Shown here piece after piece: positions 28,476 to 38,302 of a DNA stretch of 64,000 bases. A program made the position numbers and the translations under genes. This DNA comes from Betaproteobacteria bacterium HGW-Betaproteobacteria-16 (GTDB lineage Bacteria; Pseudomonadota; Gammaproteobacteria; Burkholderiales; Burkholderiaceae_C): positions 12,541-76,540 of the forward strand of contig PHCQ01000020.1 of the NCBI GenBank assembly GCA_002840835.1, read 5' to 3'. The notes below the pieces were generated by a model. That model was not told the DNA's origin. It did not search any database and saw nothing but the letters and a program-made list of their open reading frames with translations. Numbering within the stretch: the stretch's first letter is position 1; every line of letters begins with the position of its first letter.

Positions 28476-29642
28476 TCAGTCCCAGGACAGGGCGCCGCCT
28501 GTCTGGTACTCGATGACACGGGTTTCGAAAAAATTGCGTTCCTTCTTGAGGTCGATCATCTCGCTCATCCAGGGGAACGGATTTTCCTCGTTCGGGAACA
28601 TGGGTTCGAGACCGATCTGCGTCGCGCGCCGGTTGGCGATGTAGCGCATGTAGCCCTTGAACATGGAAGCGTTCATGCCCAGCACGCCGCGCGGCATGGT
28701 GTCTTCGGCATAGCGGTATTCCAGTTCCACTGCCTTGAGGAACAGCTCCTTGATTTCGGCTTTGAACTCGGCCGTCCACAACATCGGGTTCTCCATCTTG
28801 ATCGCGTTGATCAGGTCGATGCCGAAGTTGCAGTGCATGGATTCGTCGCGCAGGATGTACTGGTACTGCTCTGCAGCACCGGTCATCTTGTTCTGGCGAC
28901 CCAGCGCCAGAATCTGCGTGAAGCCCACGTAGAAGAAGAGGCCTTCCATCAGACAGGCGAAAACGATCAGGCTCTTGAGCAGGCGCTGGTCGGTCTCGGG
29001 TGTGCCGGTGTGGAAGTTCGGGTCCATGATCGCCTCGATGAAGGGGATCAGGAACTGGTCCTTGTCACGGATCGACTGGACTTCGTTGTAGGCGTTGAAG
29101 ATCTCGGACTCGTCCAGGCCGAGTGACTCCACGATGTATTGGTACGCATGCGTGTGGATCGCTTCTTCAAATGCCTGGCGCAGCAGGAACTGGCGGCACT
29201 CAGGTGCGGTGATGTGGCGGTAGGTGCCCAGCACGATGTTGTTGGCGGCCAGCGAGTCTGCGGTGACGAAGAAGCCGAGGTTGCGCTTGACGATGCGGCG
29301 CTCGTCTTCGGTCAGACCGTTCGGGTCTTTCCATAGCGCGATGTCGCGGCTCATGTTCACTTCCTGCGGCATCCAGTGATTGGCGCAGGTGGCGAGGTAT
29401 TTCTCCCAAGCCCACTTGTACTTGAAGGGCACCAGCTGATTGACGTCGGTCTGACCATTGATGATGCGTTTGTCGGCCGCGTTGACACGACGCGCGCCAG
29501 AAGCCGGAGAGGCCTTGACTTCGGAAGGGGAAGAGGAGGGGACCGCACTCGACAGTGACGCTTGCACACCCGGCATAGCAGATGCAAGTGGAAGAGGAGC
29601 GGGCTTCGAGGAGGGAGTGACTTGTTCGTCCCAGGTCAACAT
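28476..29642 (-). CDS. nrdB: Ribonucleotide reductase class Ia beta subunit
   Basis: EEAIHTHAY (radical Tyr), EGLFFY, DESMH, NFFETRV; start MLTWDE at 29642. Confidence 0.96.
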   Translation of the reverse strand: MLTWDEQVTPSSKPAPLPLASAMPGVQASLSSAVPSSSPSEVKASPASGARRVNAADKRIINGQTDVNQLVPFKYKWAWEKYLATCANHWMPQEVNMSRDIALWKDPNGLTEDERRIVKRNLGFFVTADSLAANNIVLGTYRHITAPECRQFLLRQAFEEAIHTHAYQYIVESLGLDESEIFNAYNEVQSIRDKDQFLIPFIEAIMDPNFHTGTPETDQRLLKSLIVFACLMEGLFFYVGFTQILALGRQNKMTGAAEQYQYILRDESMHCNFGIDLINAIKMENPMLWTAEFKAEIKELFLKAVELEYRYAEDTMPRGVLGMNASMFKGYMRYIANRRATQIGLEPMFPNEENPFPWMSEMIDLKKERNFFETRVIEYQTGGALSWD

Positions 29643-29784
29643 AGTTGTGTCCAATTCATCGGATTATCGAAGTGTCGGCATGAAAAGCAAAGGACTCATG
29701 CACTCGTTGATGGTTTTGTGTTGCGGTGTCGCATCGAATGCGAGATGTTCGACACCGCAACGCATCGCGCTTTGCGCAGCGTGA

Positions 29785-32676
29785 TCACTGGCAGGCTTCA
29801 CATCCGGGGTCGTCAATCGCACAGAACTTCACATCGGTCGCGGCTTCAACAGGTGCATGCACCGCTTCAACTGCGTGCATCGATGCATCGCTTCCGCCCA
29901 CTGCCACTGCGTTGAGTTGACCGGTGCGACCCGTTGATTTTTCTGCCTGTGTGGCCGAGGTGGTGCGCAGGTAGTAGGTGGTCTTGAGGCCTCGCAACCA
30001 TGCGAGTTTGTAGGTGTCGTCGAGCTTCTTGCCCGACGCGCCAGCCATGTAGATGTTCAGGCTCTGTGCCTGGTCGATCCACTTCTGACGACGTGCAGCG
30101 GCTTCCACCAGCCACAGCGGTTCGACTTCGAATGCGGTGGCGTACAACGCCTTCACATCTTGCGGCACACGGTCGATGGGGCGCAGCGATCCGTCAAAGT
30201 GCTTGAGGTCCATGACCATCACGTCGTCCCACAGTCCCAGGCGCTTCAAGTCTTTCACGAGGTAGCCGTTGATGACGGTGAACTCGCCAGAGAGGTTGGA
30301 CTTGACCGAGAGGTTGCCGAAGCAGGGCTCGATGGAAGCGTCCACGCCGATGATGTTGGAGATGGTGGCGGTGGGTGCGATGGCCACGCAGTTGGAGTTG
30401 CGCATGCCGTCGGCTGCGATCTTGTCGCGCAGCGCATTCCAGTCCATGGTGCTGGAGCGGTCCACGTCGACATAGCCACCACGCTCGGTGCTCAGCATCT
30501 GCAGGGTGTCGGGCGGCAGGATGCCCTGATCCCACAGCGAGCCCTTGAAGCTGGCGTACTTGCCGCGCTCGCGCGCCAGTTCGGTGGATGCCCAGTAGGC
30601 GTAGTAGCAGACGGCTTCCATGGAGCGGTCGGCGAAGGCCACGGCTTCGCTGGAAGCGTAGGGAATGCGCAATTCATACAGTGCGTCCTGGAAGCCCATC
30701 ACGCCCAGACCCACCGGGCGGTGGCGCATGTTGGAGTCGCGCGCCTTCTTCACCGCGTAGTAGTTGATGTCGATCACGTTGTCGAGCATGCGCATCGCCG
30801 TGGTGATGGTCTTCTGCAGTTTGACGCGGTCGATGTCGCCGTCTTTCACGTGTTGCAGCAGGTTGATCGAACCCAGGTTGCACACGGCGGTCTCGGTGTC
30901 ACTGGTGTTGAGCGTGATTTCGGTGCAGAGGTTGGAGCTGTGCACCACGCCGGCGTGCTGCTGCGGTGAGCGCACGTTGCAGGCGTCCTTGAACGTGATC
31001 CAGGGATGGCCGGTCTCGAACAGCATGGAAAGCATCTTGCGCCACAGGTCGGTGGCGGGCACCTTGCGGTAGGGCTTGATCTCGCCACGTGCGGCCTTTT
31101 CTTCATAGGCCACGTAGGCGCGTTCGAAGTCGGCACCGAAGCGGTCGTGCAGGTCGGGCACGTCGTTGGGCGAGAACAGGCTCCACTCGCCTTTCTCCAT
31201 CACGCGCTTCATGAACAGGTCGGGGATCCAGTTCGCCGTGTTCATGTCGTGCGTGCGGCGGCGGTCGTCACCGGTGTTCTTGCGCAGCTCCAGGAACTCT
31301 TCGATATCGAGGTGCCAGGTTTCCAGGTAGGTGCAGACCGCGCCCTTGCGCTTCCCGCCCTGGTTCACCGCCACAGCCGTGTCGTTGACCACCTTCAGGA
31401 ACGGCACCACCCCTTGCGATTCACCGTTGGTGCCCTTGATGTGGGCGCCGAGCGCGCGCACGCGGGTCCAGTCGTTGCCCAGGCCACCGGCGAACTTGGA
31501 CAGCAGCGCGTTTTCCTTGATGGACTCGTAGATGCCGTCGAGGTCGTCGGGCACGGTGGTCAGGTAGCAGCTGGAGAGCTGCGAGCGCAGCGTGCCGCTG
31601 TTGAACAGCGTGGGGGTGGACGACATGAAGTCGAACGAGGAGAGCACTTCGTAGAATTCGATGGCGCGGGCTTCGCGGTCGATCTCATTGAGCGACAGGC
31701 CCATGGCCACGCGCATGAAGAAGGCTTGCGGCAGCTCGATACGGTTCTTGCGGACGTGCAGGAAGTAGCGGTCGTACAGCGTCTGCAGACCGAGGTAGTC
31801 GAACTGCAGGTCGCGCTCGGGCTTGAGCGCGGCGCCCAGTCGGGCCAGGTCGAATTGCTGCAGCTTCTCGTCGAGCAATTCGTTCTGCACACCTTTTTTG
31901 ATGAACTGCGGAAAGTACTCGGCGTAGCGCGCGCCCATTTCGCTGGACGGCACTTCTTCGCCGATCACTTCCTTGACGATGGTGTGCAGCAACAGGCGCG
32001 CGGTGGCGTAGGTGTAGTCAGGATCCTTTTCGATCAGCGTGCGGGCGGCCAGGATGGATGCCTTATAGACCTCTTCGATCGGCACGCCGTCGTACAGGTT
32101 GCGCTTGGTCTCGGCGACGATGGGGTCGGCCTTGACGTCGTTGCCCAGCCCTTTGCATGCGTCTTCGATCAGGTGCTGAAGGCGGTTCAGGTCCAGCGGC
32201 ACGCGCTGGCCGCCATCGATCACGTGCAGTTCCACCTCTGCGACGGCCGGCTTTGCCTGGTGGGCACGCTCCTGTGTGCGACGCTCGCGGTACAGAACGT
32301 AGGCGCGGGCCACTTCATGGTGGCCGCTGCGCATCAGGCCGAGTTCCACGTGATCCTGCACATCTTCAATATGAAAGGTGCCACCGCCCGGACGCGAACG
32401 AACAAGGGCCTTCACCACGGTCTGGGTGAGGGCGTCGACCGTCTCGCGCACGCTGGCTGACGCCGCGCCCTGGGTGCCGTGCACGGCCAGGAAGGCCTTC
32501 ATCAGCGCCACGGCAATCTTGCTGGGTTCAAAGGACACCACAGCGCCGTTGCGGCGAATGATCTGGTAGTGGCTGTAGGCGGCGTTGGCCGAACCTGTTG
32601 AGGGTTTGGGTGAAACCGGTGCAGCCAGGCTGGCAGAAATGGAAGGCTGGGTGGCGGAAGATGATGTGGTCTGCAT
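29785..32676 (-). CDS. nrdA: Ribonucleotide reductase class Ia alpha subunit (two ATP-cone-like regions)
   Basis: QLSSCY, QGGKRKG, SNLCTEI, VCNLGS, KTTYY, C-terminal CEACQ. Confidence 0.97.
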   Translation of the reverse strand: MQTTSSSATQPSISASLAAPVSPKPSTGSANAAYSHYQIIRRNGAVVSFEPSKIAVALMKAFLAVHGTQGAASASVRETVDALTQTVVKALVRSRPGGGTFHIEDVQDHVELGLMRSGHHEVARAYVLYRERRTQERAHQAKPAVAEVELHVIDGGQRVPLDLNRLQHLIEDACKGLGNDVKADPIVAETKRNLYDGVPIEEVYKASILAARTLIEKDPDYTYATARLLLHTIVKEVIGEEVPSSEMGARYAEYFPQFIKKGVQNELLDEKLQQFDLARLGAALKPERDLQFDYLGLQTLYDRYFLHVRKNRIELPQAFFMRVAMGLSLNEIDREARAIEFYEVLSSFDFMSSTPTLFNSGTLRSQLSSCYLTTVPDDLDGIYESIKENALLSKFAGGLGNDWTRVRALGAHIKGTNGESQGVVPFLKVVNDTAVAVNQGGKRKGAVCTYLETWHLDIEEFLELRKNTGDDRRRTHDMNTANWIPDLFMKRVMEKGEWSLFSPNDVPDLHDRFGADFERAYVAYEEKAARGEIKPYRKVPATDLWRKMLSMLFETGHPWITFKDACNVRSPQQHAGVVHSSNLCTEITLNTSDTETAVCNLGSINLLQHVKDGDIDRVKLQKTITTAMRMLDNVIDINYYAVKKARDSNMRHRPVGLGVMGFQDALYELRIPYASSEAVAFADRSMEAVCYYAYWASTELARERGKYASFKGSLWDQGILPPDTLQMLSTERGGYVDVDRSSTMDWNALRDKIAADGMRNSNCVAIAPTATISNIIGVDASIEPCFGNLSVKSNLSGEFTVINGYLVKDLKRLGLWDDVMVMDLKHFDGSLRPIDRVPQDVKALYATAFEVEPLWLVEAAARRQKWIDQAQSLNIYMAGASGKKLDDTYKLAWLRGLKTTYYLRTTSATQAEKSTGRTGQLNAVAVGGSDASMHAVEAVHAPVEAATDVKFCAIDDPGCEACQ

Positions 32677-32844
32677 GGTTCCTCTTTCGATTGTTTTGTG
32701 TATCGGGGCGCTGGGAGCGCCCGTTCTTGTCGAGCGGTAGCGGTGTGCCGGTTCCTGGTCAGGTTCGGTGCGCTGCCCAGCTGCGAAATGTGCGGCGGTA
32801 GATGCGAAGTGGTGTGAAACAACTCGGCTGGCGTGGCGCAGCGC

Positions 32845-32892
32845 ACACTATATCTGGTGTGCGGGTGTGGTTCAAGCCACTACCGGTAGTGT
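32845..32892. promoter_or_regulatory. Tandem NrdR boxes
   Basis: ACACTATATCTGGTGT (32845-32860) and CCACTACCGGTAGTGT (32877-32892), 32 bp apart; consensus acaCwAtATaTwGtgt. Confidence 0.85.
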
Positions 32893-33118
32893 TTCGCGTT
32901 TTTTTTGATTGCCTGGCTTGAGCCCATTTTTCAGCAGCGAGGGCGTCAGGCTGTAACCGCTGGCGGCTTGATTTTCCCAAGACGCCGCTGGCGCTTCGCG
33001 GGCTTGAACTTCTCAACAGAAGCCTTGCGGGACCGCGGCTCTCAGCGCAAAAGGCCTTCGAAGACCGCGCGGTTATTGACGTGGTGACCGCAGCAAAGCA
33101 GTTGTCCGGGTTTTCCGT

Positions 33119-33730
33119 TCAGCCCAGTGTGCCGGAGTCGCCGAGTGTGACATCAGGGAAACACCCGATGGGCCAGCCAAGTCCTTGCCGGAGTTGTGCC
33201 CAGTCAAAGCCCGATCCCGGGTCGCATTTGCGCCCCGGGGCAATGTGTTCATGCCCGGCCACGTGGGCGATGGGGTAGCGCCGGGCCAAGGCCTGGCACA
33301 ACTGGGCCAGTGCAGCGTACTGTGGTGCCTCGAACACGTCGCCTTCGAGCCCCTCGAGCTCGACGCCGATCGAGTCGTCGTTGCGGTTGTCGCGCCCGCA
33401 CCAGTGGGACGCACCAGCATGCCAGGCGCGCTGATCGGTATCGACAAACTGCACCATTGAGCCATCGCGTCGAATGAAAAAATGTGCCGATACCTCGGCG
33501 CCCCGGATCTGTTCAAAGTAGGGGTGCGCCTGCCAGTCGAGCTGGTTGGTGAACAGTTGCTCCACCTCGGGGCCGCCGTACTGGCCTGGCGGCAGGCTGA
33601 TCGAGTGCACCACGATCAGATCGATCAGCGCATGGGCAGGACGGGGGCCGAAGTTGGGCGAAGGGCAGTGGCGGACGCCGTCCAGCCAACCGCCTTGCCA
33701 ACGCAAGCCGGTCGGCGTTTCAGGCACCAT
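33119..33730 (-). CDS. ampD: 1,6-anhydro-N-acetylmuramyl-L-alanine amidase
   Basis: SPNFGPRP, VHSISLPPG, VSAHF, RAWHAG, GHEHIAPGRK.DPG. Confidence 0.95.
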   Translation of the reverse strand: MVPETPTGLRWQGGWLDGVRHCPSPNFGPRPAHALIDLIVVHSISLPPGQYGGPEVEQLFTNQLDWQAHPYFEQIRGAEVSAHFFIRRDGSMVQFVDTDQRAWHAGASHWCGRDNRNDDSIGVELEGLEGDVFEAPQYAALAQLCQALARRYPIAHVAGHEHIAPGRKCDPGSGFDWAQLRQGLGWPIGCFPDVTLGDSGTLG

Positions 33731-35234
33731 CGTTGTCGTCGGAGGGCATGTTGAGTCCGAGGCGCTGGATGCGGTAGCGCATCTGCCGCAGGTTCAGACC
33801 CAGGCGTGCAGCGGCCGCGGTGCGGTTGTAGTCGCACTCTCTCAAGGCCTTGAGCAGCACCTGTCGCTCCTGCTCATCCAGGTAGGTCTGCAGATCGTTG
33901 GGGATGTCGACCGGTGGCGGCGATGTGTCTGGTGAAGAAGCGGGTTGCGCCGAAAGGGTTTGTGTCGCGGTATCGGCCGCCACATCGGACGGGACCGATT
34001 CAAGATCACCAAAATCGCTGGGTTCGATGGCATCGCCGCTGCTGAGCGCCAGGGCGCGCTGCAGCAGGTTTTCCAGTTCACGGACGTTGCCGGGCAAGGC
34101 CCTTGTTTGCAGCCACGACAGGGCACGTTCCGACAGCTCAGGCGCTGGTTGTCCACTTTCCTTGCAAATGCGCCTCATCAATGCGCGTGCCAGATCGGGC
34201 AAGTCTTCGCGGCGTTCCCGCAGGGCTGGCGTGCGCAACTCGATGACGTTCAGCCGGTAGAAAAGATCCTGCCGGAACTGACTGGTCTGGACCAGTGCCG
34301 AGAGGTCGCGATGGGTCGCACTGACAAGACGCACATCCACGGCGTTTTCCTGCACGCCACCCAGCGGGCGCACGCGGCGCTCCTGAATCACGCGCAGCAG
34401 CTTGGCCTGCATGGCGATGGGCAGGTCACCGATTTCATCGAGAAAAAGTGTGCCTCCCTTGGCGGCCTGAAAGTAGCCCTCGCGGTCTTGCGTGGCGCCG
34501 GTGTAGGCGCCTTTGCGTGCACCAAAGAATTCGGCCTCGATGAGGTTTTCAGGGATGGCGCCGCAATTGACCGCCACAAAGGGGCCGCTGGCGCGGTGGC
34601 TGCATTCGTGCACGGCGCGCGCCACCAGTTCCTTGCCGGTGCCGGACTCGCCCATGATGAGCACGGGCGCCATGCTGGTGGCCACCTTTTCAATGCGCGA
34701 CTTGATCTGCACGATGCTGGGTGCGCTGCCGACGATGCGTTGCAAAGAGCGCACGCCTGCGGGTGGCAGCGGTGAACTGGAGAGTGCCAGGGCATTCAGC
34801 CTGTCGTCCGGGTGCCGGGTGTCTGCGTTGCGATCGAGCATCGCGGCCGGCGGGTGGCGCTGACTTTGCAGCGCAGCGGTCACGGCGGCCCGCAACTGCT
34901 TGAGATCGACCGGTTTCGTCAGGTAGTCGAAGGCACCGAGCTTGAGTGCCTCCACGGCATTCTCGGCCGACCCGTGGGCCGTGATGACGATGCTCTTTTC
35001 GGTGCGCTGGGACTCTGCCAGCTCGCGCAGCAGTTCCAGTCCCAGGCCGTCGGGCAGGCGCATGTCGGTGATCAGCACGTCGAAGTGTTTCTGCGCCAGC
35101 CATTCGCGGGCCTGCTCCAGGTCGGGCGCCGAGGTCACTTCATGACCTTCTCGCAGCAGCGTCAGTTCGTAGAGGGTCCGAAGGTCGGGCTCATCGTCCA
35201 CGACGAGGACCGAAGCAATGGGTGGCGCAGTCAT
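33720..35234 (-). CDS. pilR: Sigma54-dependent response regulator PilR
   Basis: REC, GESGTGKE, GAYTGA, HTH NRTAAAARLG.NLRQMRYR; paired with pilS. Confidence 0.88.
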   Translation of the reverse strand: MTAPPIASVLVVDDEPDLRTLYELTLLREGHEVTSAPDLEQAREWLAQKHFDVLITDMRLPDGLGLELLRELAESQRTEKSIVITAHGSAENAVEALKLGAFDYLTKPVDLKQLRAAVTAALQSQRHPPAAMLDRNADTRHPDDRLNALALSSSPLPPAGVRSLQRIVGSAPSIVQIKSRIEKVATSMAPVLIMGESGTGKELVARAVHECSHRASGPFVAVNCGAIPENLIEAEFFGARKGAYTGATQDREGYFQAAKGGTLFLDEIGDLPIAMQAKLLRVIQERRVRPLGGVQENAVDVRLVSATHRDLSALVQTSQFRQDLFYRLNVIELRTPALRERREDLPDLARALMRRICKESGQPAPELSERALSWLQTRALPGNVRELENLLQRALALSSGDAIEPSDFGDLESVPSDVAADTATQTLSAQPASSPDTSPPPVDIPNDLQTYLDEQERQVLLKALRECDYNRTAAAARLGLNLRQMRYRIQRLGLNMPSDDNDGA

Positions 35235-35260
35235 TCTGGGCGGTGGGGTGGGTGGGCCTG

Positions 35261-37039
35261 TCAGGTGGCACCGCGGAGGTGCCCGGGCCTCGTCATGGAC
35301 GGAATGGAGTCCCCCGGCGCATAGGCCAGGTTCTGCTGGACGGGTTGGCGGTTCTGTCCGTTCGAGGCAGCCATGATCACATAAAACTCATTGCCATCGC
35401 GCTGGTCGAGGCGCGTGCGCTGGTAGGCGATGTGCGCGCCATACCGCTCGCAGAGCTCACGGCAGATATAGAGCCCCAGCCCACTTGACCGGCTTTCTGA
35501 AGAGAAGAAGGGTTCAAACAGGTGTTTGAGTACCCCGGCCTCCAGCGGTGCACCGTCGCTCCAGACCGACAGACGCACCCGGTCGTTGCCACTGGGTTGT
35601 GAAATGACGCGGATCGACGAAGGCTGGCCGCTGGCGTGCCGCATCGCGTTGTCGAGCAGGTTGACCAGCAGCCTGCGCAGATGCTCGGGGTCAAAGCCCA
35701 CATGGGCTGCCGGCGCGTGTGTGTGCACGCCCAGCACGCCGCGCGTCTGGTTCTGGCGCGACCATTCCTGCGTGATGTAGCGGATGGAAGGGTCCAGCGG
35801 GAGCGAAGGGATCAGGCCTTCGATCTGGCTGGGCTGGGCCCGCGCAACATTGAGAATGTCATCGACGATGCGCGAGAGGCGTTGCGCGTTGTGCTCGATC
35901 ATCTGCGTGAGCTTCTTCTGGCCCGGGCCTTGCACCTCTTCGTCGAGCAAGGCATTGGCCTGAGTGATGGCTGAAAGCGGGTTGCGGATCTCGTGTGCAA
36001 CCGCGGCCGACATCCGGCCCATCGAGGCCAGCTTTTCGGTTCGCACGCGCGCTTCCACCTCGCGCAGATCCTCGAGAAACACCACGCACAGGCCACGACC
36101 TCGGCCCCCCTGCACCGTGAGGCGCGTGCGCGCATACAGGCGGTGCGTCGTGAGCTCGTCGATGTCGAGCGTGATCTCTGATTGAAGCGGCTGACCCAGC
36201 ACGAAGGTTTCGTTCACAAGGTGGGACAGTCCGGCCCAGCTCTCTTTCACGGAGAGCAGGAGTCGCGTCGCACTGGAATGTCCCTCGCCCAGCAGCATCG
36301 CCAGAGCGGCGGGATTCGCGCTGCGCACGACGCCATGCGGATCTGCCACCAGTACGCCCTCGGTCAGGCTTTCGATGATCAGTTCGTTGACCTCGGCCTG
36401 GTTGCGGGCGGCCACCTGGCTGCTTTGCGCCAGCGCCTCCTCTTTCGCCAGCCGGATGGCGAGCTGGTTGGCCAGCACCGCGACCAGGAAGAATCCCGTG
36501 CCTGTCAGTCCTGCCTGGAGAAAGCGCGCTGTGGAAACTTCGCTGAGCAAAGGTGCGCTGAGCCAGGCCTCACCGAGCAGGTACAAGGCCACGCTGGCGG
36601 CGGTGGCCAGACCCAGCGTCAATGGTCCGAGGATGGATGCCAGCAGCACCGGCAGGGCAAACAGCGGTGTGTAGTTGAGGCTGGCTTGCTGGAAGTACTG
36701 CAGCAGTGCAAACACCACCATGTCGACACCGATGGTCAACACCCATTGCAGGCGAAACACCTGGCCATGATCGATCGGCCGCGACCAGAACAACACCGCC
36801 AGGGTGGCACAAAGGTGCGCGGCACACAGCGCCACCAGCCAGTCCGGGCCGCCCGCCTTGGTGATCAGCACGAACGCCTGCAGCGCCAGCAGCACCGCAG
36901 CAATGAAGACACGTGCGCGCATGAACGCGCTCCACAGCCGGACGAAGGCCCTCAGTCGCTGCTCGCGCCCATGCGAACTGCCGGTTTCGAAGACCGAAAA
37001 CCAGGACGGCGCGAAATGGGAATGGGTGTTCCGTGCCAT
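35261..37039 (-). CDS. pilS: Sensor histidine kinase PilS
   Basis: Multi-TM N-terminus, PAS-like region, AHEIRNPL, GLGLYI. Confidence 0.85.
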   Translation of the reverse strand: MARNTHSHFAPSWFSVFETGSSHGREQRLRAFVRLWSAFMRARVFIAAVLLALQAFVLITKAGGPDWLVALCAAHLCATLAVLFWSRPIDHGQVFRLQWVLTIGVDMVVFALLQYFQQASLNYTPLFALPVLLASILGPLTLGLATAASVALYLLGEAWLSAPLLSEVSTARFLQAGLTGTGFFLVAVLANQLAIRLAKEEALAQSSQVAARNQAEVNELIIESLTEGVLVADPHGVVRSANPAALAMLLGEGHSSATRLLLSVKESWAGLSHLVNETFVLGQPLQSEITLDIDELTTHRLYARTRLTVQGGRGRGLCVVFLEDLREVEARVRTEKLASMGRMSAAVAHEIRNPLSAITQANALLDEEVQGPGQKKLTQMIEHNAQRLSRIVDDILNVARAQPSQIEGLIPSLPLDPSIRYITQEWSRQNQTRGVLGVHTHAPAAHVGFDPEHLRRLLVNLLDNAMRHASGQPSSIRVISQPSGNDRVRLSVWSDGAPLEAGVLKHLFEPFFSSESRSSGLGLYICRELCERYGAHIAYQRTRLDQRDGNEFYVIMAASNGQNRQPVQQNLAYAPGDSIPSMTRPGHLRGAT

Positions 37040-37060
37040 GTCAGGCTGTGCCGGGAGGCG

Positions 37061-37309
37061 TCATGCCGCGCCGCTTTCGCTCAGCTGCCGATGCTCGATG
37101 CAGCAATAGGCCCCGCGCCGACCCTTGACGGCTTCGCTCTCAGGGAGATGGGTGCCGCAGTGCAGACAGGCGACCATCACGGTGGGTGGCGCTAGCTTGC
37201 GCGACCGTTTCGCCGGCTGCGCACTGGGAGGGTCGTCGCCCTTGAGCCGGTTGTTCCGCCAGATGTAGATGGCGACCAGGACCACGGCCAGAACGAGCAG
37301 GTATTTCAT
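37061..37309 (-). CDS. PP0621-family small membrane protein
   Basis: N-terminal TM; MV.C..CG.HLP..EA.......YC..EH. Confidence 0.88.
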   Translation of the reverse strand: MKYLLVLAVVLVAIYIWRNNRLKGDDPPSAQPAKRSRKLAPPTVMVACLHCGTHLPESEAVKGRRGAYCCIEHRQLSESGAA

Positions 37310-37321
37310 GGAATGGATGTT

Positions 37322-38122
37322 TCAGGCGCGGTGGAGCACCACTTCAAGCACGAAGCGAGATCCGACATAGCCCAGCAGCAGAAAGCCAGCGCCCAGGTAG
37401 ATGGTCCGAACGGCGGTTCGCCCGCGCCAGCCAAGGCGCCAGCGTCCCAGGAGCAAGACGCCCATGGTCAGCCACGCCAGCACGGAGAACACCGTCTTGT
37501 GTTCCCATACCCATTCGTGATGCAACATGGCAGAGAACCATCCCCCGGCGAGCAGGGTGGCGCTCAGCAGGGCAAAACCAGCCGCAACGAACCGGAAGGT
37601 GAGCCGCTCCAGCATCAGCAGGGGCATGGTGGACTCGGTGGCATTACCCTGGCGCATCGCGGCCTCCGCGCGCTGCATCAGCCAGGCGTGGACCACGGCG
37701 GCGGCAATCAGGCCATAGGATGCAATGCCCAGCGCCCAGTGCAGGGGCAGCCAGGCGGAACGAAGTGCGGGGTAAGGAGAGCCTGGGAAGATCAATGCCA
37801 GCAGCACCGCCAGAGTACCCAGAGCGGCCAGGGTCCATCGCGCACGCAACTGTGGGTACAAGCGGCTTTCCACCACATAGACGGTCAACACCAGCCATGC
37901 GGTGATGGAGAGGGCCGGCGCGAAACCAAATCGAACGGGTTGGGTGAACAAGCCCTGCATCAGCACCACCAGGTGAAGAAACCATGCGGTGGCCAGCAGG
38001 CCGCGCACCTGAGGAGGGGTCATTCGCTGATGGGCCCAGGCCAGCACGGCGTACGACAAGGCCGCCACTGACGAGAGCAGGGCGGCGGATGGGTTCGACA
38101 TGAGGGTGGGCAGCAGGTTCAT
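37322..38122 (-). CDS. Cytochrome c assembly (CcsA/YpjD) family inner membrane protein
   Basis: Multi-TM with HKTVFS...W, GWRGR, GYVGSRFVLE; divergent from ffh. Confidence 0.88.
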   Translation of the reverse strand: MNLLPTLMSNPSAALLSSVAALSYAVLAWAHQRMTPPQVRGLLATAWFLHLVVLMQGLFTQPVRFGFAPALSITAWLVLTVYVVESRLYPQLRARWTLAALGTLAVLLALIFPGSPYPALRSAWLPLHWALGIASYGLIAAAVVHAWLMQRAEAAMRQGNATESTMPLLMLERLTFRFVAAGFALLSATLLAGGWFSAMLHHEWVWEHKTVFSVLAWLTMGVLLLGRWRLGWRGRTAVRTIYLGAGFLLLGYVGSRFVLEVVLHRA

Positions 38123-38302
38123 CGACCGGGCACCACCACCCGCGCGCGTGCGGGTTGCACAGCTAAAATCATCTGCACAGTTTAACGGCCTTGTTACGAA
38201 TGCCGTTGCAGGCCAGCACACCTGTTTGTGAGAAATACTGGTCAATCTGCCCCATTTCCAGCCGCCCTTGCGGTGGCGTCTGTCCCCTCACCCGAGTGCA
38301 CC

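Noticed and set aside
28476-29642. Class Ic or metal-free RNR beta subunit
   Set aside because: The radical Tyr (EAIHTHAY) and carboxylate/His ligands are present, consistent with class Ia.
29632-29652. NrdR-like box over the nrdB start (CACAACTATGTTG)
   Set aside because: Half-site spacing is one base too long and there is no partner box.
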